A DNA stretch of 59,277 bases, counting the filler, from Bipalium vagum (taxonomy: Eukaryota): assembly GCA_037834085.1 (NCBI GenBank). It is 3 parts of 3 records of this genome, joined end to end, with 100 filler letters (N's around TTAATTAATTAA, not from the genome) between each part and the next. Parts side by side here need not be neighbours in the genome. Positions count along the whole stretch, not along the records: positions 36,251 to 59,277 come from JBBMKC010214141.1; 2 more parts are not named here. One strand, given 5' to 3'. The notes under the pieces are model-generated. The model had not been told where the DNA came from and did not search any database. It saw nothing but the letters and a program-made list of their open reading frames with translations. A program made the position numbers and the translations under genes. This document shows, piece after piece, positions 50,690-59,277 of this stretch; the stretch's first letter is position 1, and the number at the start of each line of letters is the position of its first letter.

Positions 50690-52460
50690 AAAACAACTAA
50701 TTGTAAATCTTATAGATATAAAAAAAGTTTGTGATATTTGTAATGAAGAATATTTTAAATCATATCAACATAAGTGTGGTTATAAAAATTGTCCAGTTTG
50801 TAATGAACAATACAAACCTCATTTCAATAATCACAAATGTTATTTTAAAAAAAATATTAAAGAACATTTAAACAAAGTAATAAATATTTATTTTTTGATT
50901 TTGAAGCTACTGAAGAAAATACTGATTATCATGAAATGAATTATGCAATTGCTTAAGATTCGGAAAGCAAAATATATTTTAAAATACAAACAAACATAAT
51001 ATCATATTATAAACTTAGTACTGAAAATTTAGAAAATTTAACAATTGAAAATATTTTAGATAATATAGAGTTTTTAGAAGAAACAATAATTGAAAACTCA
51101 ATTTCTTTAATTGATACTTTTTGTAAATTTTTTATTTGTAAAGATTTTGAAAAATATACTTTTATAGCACATTATGCAAAAGGATATGAAAATCATCCAA
51201 TATTAGGTTGGTTAATTCAAAATAAATTGCCAGTTGAAAAAATTAGCTCAGGAAGTAAAATCAGATACATGCAAATAAAAAATTTTAATATAAGATTTGT
51301 ATATTCAATAAATTTTACTTTATGTCCATTAAAATCTTTTCCAGAAACATGTGGTTTTAAAAGTTCCAAAGGATATTTTCCGCATTATTTCAATACAACA
51401 AAAAATCAATATTACATTGGTAAATATCCAGATTTAGAATTTTATGGTTATAGTTATATGAGCAATAATAGTAAAGAAAAAAATTATTAAAACAATGGCA
51501 TGATGAAAAAATACTAAATAACGAAATATTTAACTTTTCCAATTCAAATTTTTTATTATTGTTTAACAGATGTTATGATCTTAACTAAAGGTGGTTTAAT
51601 TTTTAGAGATATATTTTTAAATATGTTACTATAATCTTTAGATGTAGCAACGTGTGGTCGTGACACCTCGCTTTTTATAAATCGCTTTAATAAAACATAT
51701 AAAGTTGATGGTTTCTATTATGATGAACAAAATAAAAATTATTATATTTATAAATTTAATGGCTGTTATTTTCATGGCTATTTTTTCAGTTTAACATGTG
51801 ATCATGATTGTAAAAAAGATAATAATAATTGTAATACAAAAATTGAATTTTTAGCAGAAAATATTGCTTATGATTTGGATATTGATAATATTAAATTTAA
51901 TTCTGATTTAAGATTTATAGCTAAAATTTGTTTAGTTAGTTTATGGGGACATTTTGGAATGAGAGATGATTTTGAAAAATGTTAATGTCTATAATTATAA
52001 TGATATTTATAAAATAATATTCGATGACAAAATTAAAGAACCAAATCCAATTTTTTTAAATGTAGAAGTTTGGATGATGAAATATAATATACAAGAAGAA
52101 AGGAAAACACAAAATAAAACTACAAATATTTATATAGCATTATTTACAACTGCTCATGCTAAAGATTAAGATTATACAATCTTTTAGAAACATTAAATGA
52201 AAGAGTCATTTATTGTGATGCTGATAGTACAATATTTATTGATGATTCTTGTGAAAATAAAAATTGTTGTCATGAAGAATGTATGCCTGTTAGAAAAATA
52301 GAAAAATTACAATGAGAAAATTTAGGAGATATAACAGAAGTTGAAAAAAACTATGGGATTGGATCTTATGTAACAAAAATACTTGTACGTGCTCTAAAAG
52401 ATTATCATATGGAAATTTGGAGTACTAATAAAAAAGAAATAGATACAACTGGTAAAACAA
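50690..52460 (+). pseudogene. Protein-primed DNA polymerase B of a Polinton/Maverick (adintovirus-like) element, decayed
   Basis: Cys-rich N-terminal part, then YFFDFEA, FIAHYAKGYE, KGYFPHYFN, YCLTDVMIL, YKVDGF...FNGCYFHG, IAKICLVSLWGHFG, TNIYIALFTTAHA and VIYCDADS. It has stops, frameshifts and deletions. Confidence 0.92.
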
Positions 52461-52479
52461 AAAACTGGTAAAAAAAAAT

Positions 52480-52618
52480 TTCTTACCTGGCATATTAAGA
52501 TTTCTCTACAAAATATAATTAAATCATTCATCAAAATTTATCAATAAAAAAATAAATAACTAAATAATAAATAACTAGGCTTTTTTACATGGTGGCCAAA
52601 GACTTTTGGCGGGGACTG
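52480..52618 (-). mobile_element. Isolated 5' end of a Tc1-like element
   Basis: TA|CAGTCCCCGCCAAAAGTCTTTGGCCACC on the minus strand. ATG CCA GGT AAG AAA lies about 125 nt inside. No partner TIR found. Confidence 0.55.
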
Positions 52619-52949
52619 TAGTATTTTAAGAAAGACAAGGAAATATAAGACAAGTGAAGATTCGAATATCTGACAACTAAAACGAGGCTGTGGCACCACA
52701 TACACTGCCAAATGGGCTGAACAGGCCCTGAAAGACATCAATTTTTTCATCTGAAAAATCAAATTAATAAAAAATGCTACTTATTATAATAAGTAATATA
52801 ATAAATATTTTAAATTTTAAAAAAGGTTTTTCTTAGATTACATCTCATAGAGAGCTTCTTTGAAGCTCTAAGACTTCGTCTCTCTGCAGTTCATTCTCAT
52901 AAAATCTGCCCAATATTTTTTCTCCATTTAAATCAATAATACCATAAAA

Positions 52950-53590
52950 AATTTTGATTTGTGAAAATAATTTCATTTATAATGAACATTTCATTTGTCC
53001 ATTTAGATTTATATCCTTTTTAAAATTTATTTTTGTATTTAAAAATTCTTACATGATCTCCAATACGATATTTTGGTTTAGCACTTAAAGGATTAAGATT
53101 TTCGTTTTCATCTTTTTGAATCTTTAACTTTTCTGGACTAACCGTAGGCTCAGCAAACTTTGTTGGACTGGTCGGAGTCCTTGACAGCTTTGCTGGATCT
53201 TTACTTACTTCTGTTTGGAAATACCAATTGAATTATGAATTTTGTTGTTATAGAAATTAATTAATTTGGTAGAAGATGTAACCATTTTCTATTTCCCGGT
53301 TCCGTAAATATGTTAAACATTAAAATTTTTAAAGTTCTATTAAATCTTTCAATGACAACTGCTTTTCCTTTTTTCTCTGTTGAATAGATTTAATTATCAT
53401 CACAAAATTCTTCAAATATTTTATTATAAAATTCAGTACCTTTATCAACCAAAAGTTTTTCAGAGCCCTATTCTTCAAATATTTTTTCAAACGCATCTGT
53501 AATTATTTAACCTGTTTTATTTTTTAGAAGAACAGCGAAAGCAAAACGAGTATATAAATTGATAACTGTTAGAATTATTTTGTAATCTTT
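52950..53590 (-). pseudogene. Polinton-type retroviral-like (rve) integrase, decayed
   Basis: ILTVINLYTRFAFAVLLKNK, LLVDKGTEFYN, KAVVIERFNRTLK, YNNKIHNSIG and KPKYRIGDHVRI...FKKGYKSKWTNEMF. Confidence 0.9.
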
Positions 53591-53649
53591 TTTTTAATTT
53601 TTCACGAATGAGAATTTTTGCTTTTTCAGAATTTTTCATTTGCCACATT

Positions 53650-54075
53650 TTTACTTGCTCTTTCTAATCCTAATCCTGGAGCTATCTTTCCTTTGATTAT
53701 TAATTTTACAATTGGCCTTTCAAGTTTTTCTCTTGGAGTTTGATTTTGAATATTGTTCATTTCATGAATATATTTCTACATCTGTAATATGTCAATATTT
53801 TAAATCTGTTGACATATATTTGACATCATGTTTCATTGCTGCTTGATCAACTCGATTTATTAGAATTGAATCAGGTTTTGGAATTCAGAGAATTGATAAA
53901 TCTTGATTTTCATTATAATTTTCTACTATTTCATTATAATTTTCTAAACGTTTATCAACGTTTTGTTCCAGATCCAGCAAACTGGATTTGTTTTATTTAA
54001 AGGATTTAAAGATTTTAAATGTAATTCACCTGGGTATTTTCCAGTTGTAAATTTATTAAAAAATTTATTATTTGT
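53650..54075 (-). pseudogene. Parvovirus-VP1-type phospholipase A2 domain protein of Polinton/adintovirus, decayed
   Basis: GELHL ... FAGSGT ... RL ... INRVDQAAMKHDVKY: the GPG-like loop and D..A..HD..Y catalytic motif. Confidence 0.75.
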
Positions 54076-54450
54076 GATTTGTGATTGGATGTCAACTTTG
54101 GGAAAAATAATTGGAAATTTTTCTTGAATATTTTTAATTTTTTCATTAGTCGTTGTTTTTATTCGTAGATATCGTTGATTTTTCGTTGAAATCGTTGAAT
54201 ATTTTTTTCATGTATTTTTGTATCTTCATGATGACTCTTATTCTTTTATTAAAAGATTTATCACAAATTTCACAATACCATTTTCAACCATTTTTTAGCG
54301 AATTTTTTAGTGATTTTTTTGAACTTAAAAAATATATATTTGTCCCCAGTACAATTATTTTTTTTGATTATTTTTTTGATTATTTTTTAGTGATTTCTTT
54401 TGTAATTTATATGACTTAAAATGTATCTTATATTTTTTATATTTGTATGA

Positions 54451-54659
54451 CACAAAGTGTACTCCGTTTGTCAACATATTTTTTACAAATAAAAAAACCC
54501 TGGATTTTTAAAATATATTTTTATGATTTTTTATATTTTTTCTATTTTTAGTAATTTTGTATAATTATTTTTTTGTTGGCAAAAGTATATTTTTAACCTA
54601 TTTTTTAAGTTTGTTTTTGTTCCTGAAAAAAATGGGGGATAAACGGGGTACACTTTGTG
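54451..54659. mobile_element. 209-bp MITE with CACAAAGTGTAC termini (Transib/Chapaev/CMC-like; family unresolved)
   Basis: CACAAAGTGTACTCCGTTTGTC ... GATAAACGGGGTACACTTTGTG; no clear TSD. Confidence 0.8.
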
Positions 54660-55598
54660 TTCGAAGCTTTTCGAGAATCAAATAAAGCTTTATTTTTACA
54701 ATTTACACAGCCGCTAGCTGGTAAATTGCTGAGAACTTTTGAGCATTAAACTAAGTTTCTGCCAAAAGATATCTGTACTTGATAATCCAATAACGAGTTT
54801 AATTGTAAAAATCAAATAAATATTTTAAAAACATCTGAGTTCTCTCATTTCATTTGAATTTTTATTTGATCGATTATTTTGAAAGTGATTTTTAGTTTTT
54901 GTGCTTGAACGTTCATCCGTAAATCCTTCTGATATTAAATACTTTTTAAAGTAATCTCAAAGCCCAATTTCGATATTTTTAACTTAAAATCAGTCACTTT
55001 TTAGGAACTTAACACATTTTAAAAGCTTTCTAGCTATTTTAGGATTGCTTTTTAAGTATATCAAGCTAGTGCACTAAATTTGTATCTATGAATTGTCCAC
55101 CTAGAAAGACCAGGTTATAATATCTCATAATCATATGTTGAAAATAACAATATCTTCAATTTTTGATAAAAAAAGATGTATCTTGGATCGACTATTTTCA
55201 TCAAAAATGTGGTTATTATTATCATTATTGTCCCACTAAAATTTAATTTATATTACAAATGAAGTAAAAAATTTATTTCATCAAATCACAAAATGTCTTT
55301 AATGATAAAATAGTTGAAATTGTTGTAACTATGGAACTGCTTTCTTGTCTTCACAACAAAAAATACACTATTTTTCATGAATGGTCTAAATATTATACAA
55401 TTTTATTAAAATATAAAATTCATTATATAAGTAAATGTCCGTAACTGGATTTAAAACTCTTAAAATATAAATTTCAAATCAGTCTGAAAATTAGGTTGAC
55501 TTTAAAGTTACAAAAAAATAGAAATTTATTTATTTTATTTATTTATTTATTATTTGCTTTAAAGGAAAATATTTGATTATAATAATTATTATTATTTA

Positions 55599-58500
55599 TG
55601 TCGTCATGAATTTGTAATTAATATCTATTTTTATATATTAATTACGAATGAAATTTAAAAGGATTTTTTTGAATTGACAAATCTTGGTGAAAAGGCCGTT
55701 TTCAAATTTATGTTTAATGATTCAAGCACATTCTGATTGTGCTTACATGGCAACCACACAACCAGACCCAATAGCTGAACGATTGTTGCTTAAATTCTAT
55801 GCAAATGAGATGTTGTTGAAAATTCATTGCACAAGCTCAAAGATATTTTGAAGCCCGGAACATTCCATCCAAAAGAAGAGAATCATTGATTTATTGTATG
55901 ATGTCGACGAGTATGCGAAGACATCCGGAAAAATTGCAGGATATGCCAGATCATGTACGAATGGCATTTATTCCGCCAGTAGGTATTGTTACAGATTGGG
56001 AAAACGTCTGGCTTACCGAAGAGAAAGTGAACTAATTAAGATATTTTCATAGAACATTGACAAACTGGTTAAGAAATCACTGTCCCACGATCTGCTAGAA
56101 GAACAGCTCAAAATACAGATGATGATCAAAACAATCAAAAACAAACGGATCAGCAATGAAATAAAATTATGGGAAACTCACCACAATGAAGGAAATCAAA
56201 GAATTAATCGTAGTGATGGACGAAATAGAGAATTCCAATCAGGAATCCATTGAAACAGTGAAAACCTATAGAGATGCGATGAGAATTACAAATATGCAGA
56301 ACGTAGGCCGTCCTCAATTTAAATATTATGAGCAGCGAACAGTTTCTGTAATAGTATCGGTCACATGGCTAGCAAATGTCCGACAAGAAGAAAAATAAAA
56401 TGTTGGTCATGTAATAAATTGAGATACGTCAGTAAAGAATACAAGGAACGAAAACCCCCAATATGCTTTGGATGTGGAAAAGTGTGGCACATAAGGAGGA
56501 CATGTACAAATTTTCAGAATACAAAATTAAGTCGAAATGGACAGTGACATTCAGTAGAGAAAACGACAATGATGAGGTACGGTAATAACGGACGAACCAA
56601 AATGAGCCACAGAAACGGGATTAATACAATGTACGACGAAAATTATTTCAGATCAGAGGACAGCATTTTGGAGGTTCATGAGAGTGTAGAGCACAGATAC
56701 CCAAACAAGAAGGCTCCACTATTTGGGGAGTTGGTGGCAGCCTTATATTAGACGTTATACAGTGCGCCACATATTAATTGCCGCTCAGACGATTCCCAAA
56801 AGCCAAAGACAAAAGGTATGGATGAAAAAATAGCTGAGAAGATATATAGGTTTGTGAAGAGGGATAGTTTTGTGTACAGAGAGCATGTAGAAGACAAGAA
56901 ATTTCCGAGTACACAGGTGGACGAGATTTTATACGATCGAATGCAAAGACGACTGAAAACAATCGTGGAAATTCAAGGAATAAAATTCAATTGCTTGTTA
57001 GGCACAGAGGCAGGAGTAAGTATTATGAATAATAGATATTTTCAGAAACTGCAGAAGATAAGTTTGAAAGATTAATACAAACGGATGAAAGAATCAGGAA
57101 AACTTTGATCTGAATAGATACAAGAGACGACGAGAGACTTAGATTAATCATTCAGAAACACGAAGATGCATTCATGGCTGATAAATGGGACGTTGGTCAT
57201 GAAACATCAAATTAAAACGAAAGAAGAGCCAATCATTGTCAAGGCGTTTAGACAACCAATAAATTTAGAGGACAAAATTGAGGAGGCCATAAAAAACGTA
57301 TTCTATATAAAATTATTAAGAAATTTAATTCTCCATGGAACACGCCTTTGACATGGGTGTGGAAGAAGAATAATGGGATGTGCGACTTTTTTTGGACTTC
57401 AGACAATTGAATGCGGTGGCAGAAAGACCAGCTTTCCCGATGCCAAATGTTAATGAAATGCTGGAAGAGGCAGATATTTTCAGTTTAATTGATCTGGGTA
57501 ACTCAAACTATCAAATAGAATTAGATGACGCATCAAAGGAAAAATCTGCTTTCTCTACGAAAGGAGGACAATTCTGTTCAATTGAATACCTTTTGGAATT
57601 CCAGTAGCCCCAGAAACGTTTCCGAAATTAACGCTGAAGGTCGTAGGAAATATCAAAGGAGAATTAGTATATTTGGACGACATACTGATATTTTTAGGAA
57701 ACAAGGAGGACCATTACGATCGATTAGACAAAGTACTTTGCAGGATTAAAGAGGCCGGATTAAGGATAAGCCTGGATAAGTGTCAATTTCTCAGATATAA
57801 AATCAATTTTTTTGGACACATCATTAACAAAAAATGGAACTAAGGCGGAACCGACAAAGATTGAAGCTATAAAGAATTTCTCAAGACATAAATGCGTTAA
57901 AAACCAACTTAGCTTTCTAGGCATATGCAACTATTATCGGAAGTTTATAAAAGACTATGAACCAAAAAGCTAGGGCGCTTGAACAACTGTGTAGTTCGAA
58001 TATCAAGCGACTGGAATGGACAGATAACATAGAACGGGCATTCGAAGACTTTTAAAAAAGAGTTTACTATTACGCCCGTCCTTTGCTCCGCCGAATGTCC
58101 AAAAAGAATTTATCCTGGAGACGGATGCTAGCTTCGACACAATGGGAGCATTATTATCACAGAAAGATGAGGAAGGCCGGGCACTTAATTGCAAACGAAT
58201 CGCATGCAATGTCAAGTCATGAGAAAGGATATTGTATTACCCGGAAGGAACTACTACCAAAATACTATTTTTGCAAGCATTTCAATCATTACTTGTACGG
58301 AAAAATGTTAACACTACGTACTGATCACAGGACTATCACGTTCATGATGAAGTCAAAAAGACTAATAACGTCTCAGTTCCAGACATGAATAAATTTTTTG
58401 AGCTCTTTAGACATCAGAAAGGATTACAGAAAAGACTCAATTAATAATAATGCCGATGTATTATTTCAACCGAAATGTGATATTTACACACAATGCTTGA

Positions 58501-59261
58501 TGAAGACCCAAAGAGAGATAAGATCAAGACAATACATTAGATGGTATTAGGAAAGAAACTAAACTATCAAGTGACAAACATGTACAGAGAGTTATCGAAG
58601 GCTGGCTCACAAAGGATCTTACTATTTAAGCAATACATTTGAAGTAAAGAATTTGGAAGAAAAGGTAAGAAAGATATTGAAAACTTGTGAATATTACAAC
58701 ATTTTAAAACATAAACAACAAAGTCAAAGGAAAAGACATACAAGGTAAAAGCTAAAGAAATGTTCGAGAACATATATGTAGATATTTGTGAATGAAAAAA
58801 GTATATTCTGTGAATTATAGATCAGTATATTAAGTATATTTCTTTGACTGCATTATCTTCACAGGACGAGCAAACTGTGAGATTCGGTAGCCCAAGAACA
58901 ATTAATGTGATCCATGGGAAAACATTTGTCTCGGAAGGAATGCGAGAATTTGCGAAACACTGAGGTGCAGAAATAAAATATTTTAGCCCCTATCATCATA
59001 ACACAAATGGTCAGATCGAGAGACAATTTAGAACTGTCAGAGAACTTACAAACGATATATCTTGGAAAGTGAAGAGGGACGAAAACTGGAACGGAATGTC
59101 GAAAAGCTAAAAAATTCTTAACAGGGAGGGTATAAGGAAAATCGTGATGAATTTGTAATTAATATATATTTATTATATTGAATTGATAGATCATTGTGAA
59201 AAGGCAGTTTTCAAATTTGAGTTTTAATAAATGATTCAAGTAAATTCTGATTGTGCTTACA
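55599..59261 (+). mobile_element. Ty3/Gypsy LTR retrotransposon, decayed, 3663 bp, short LTRs
   Basis: 5' LTR 55599..55747 (TG...CA) and 3' LTR ~59140..59261, both ending TTCTGATTGTGCTTACA. TTTA on both flanks. Primer-binding-site-like TGGCAACC at 55748 and polypurine-tract-like AGGGAGGG near 59123. Gag has three degenerate CCHC knuckles. Protease LLGTEAGVS; RT LDFRQLN and YLDDILIF; RNase H LETDAS; integrase SPYHHNTNGQIER, in Gypsy order. Confidence 0.93.
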
Positions 59262-59277
59262 TTTATTATGATTATTA

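Noticed and set aside
52482-52492. CTTACCTGGCA, matching the 5' end of U1 snRNA
   Set aside because: No further U1 similarity. It is better explained as ATG CCA GGT AAG of a Tc1 5' end on the minus strand.
53134-53208. GTAAGT...CCAG segment in the Polinton integrase (-), possible intron
   Set aside because: GC-rich, open in frame and longer than the host mini-intron class; likely a coding linker.

Overview
Very AT-rich draft genomic sequence from an animal (metazoan). It has four assembly gaps, two of them 100-bp artificial spacers (N44-TTAATTAATTAA-N44). Two host genes can be built by hand. One is a complete 13-exon VPS35 (+, 36946..46867, 802 aa). The other is the 3' part of a nesprin/SYNE-like spectrin-repeat gene ending in a divergent KASH tail (-, 8993..17823). 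Host introns are bimodal: a tight 43-61 nt class, and longer introns, some containing transposon remnants. The rest is a graveyard of mobile DNA: several mariner (DD34D), maT (DD37D) and DD37E elements, MITEs, a hAT-like fragment, a decayed Polinton/adintovirus-like element (protein-primed PolB, integrase, PLA2), a Penelope-like fragment with inverted arms carrying hammerhead-core motifs, and a compact Ty3/Gypsy element. The most notable observation: DNA transposons from at least three IS630-Tc1-mariner (ITm) families each appear to carry a host-sized GT-AG mini-intron at or next to the transposase start. One interrupts the coding sequence and one splits the ATG. VPS35 shows the same 5' mini-intron architecture. 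All gene models and introns are manual predictions without transcript data.
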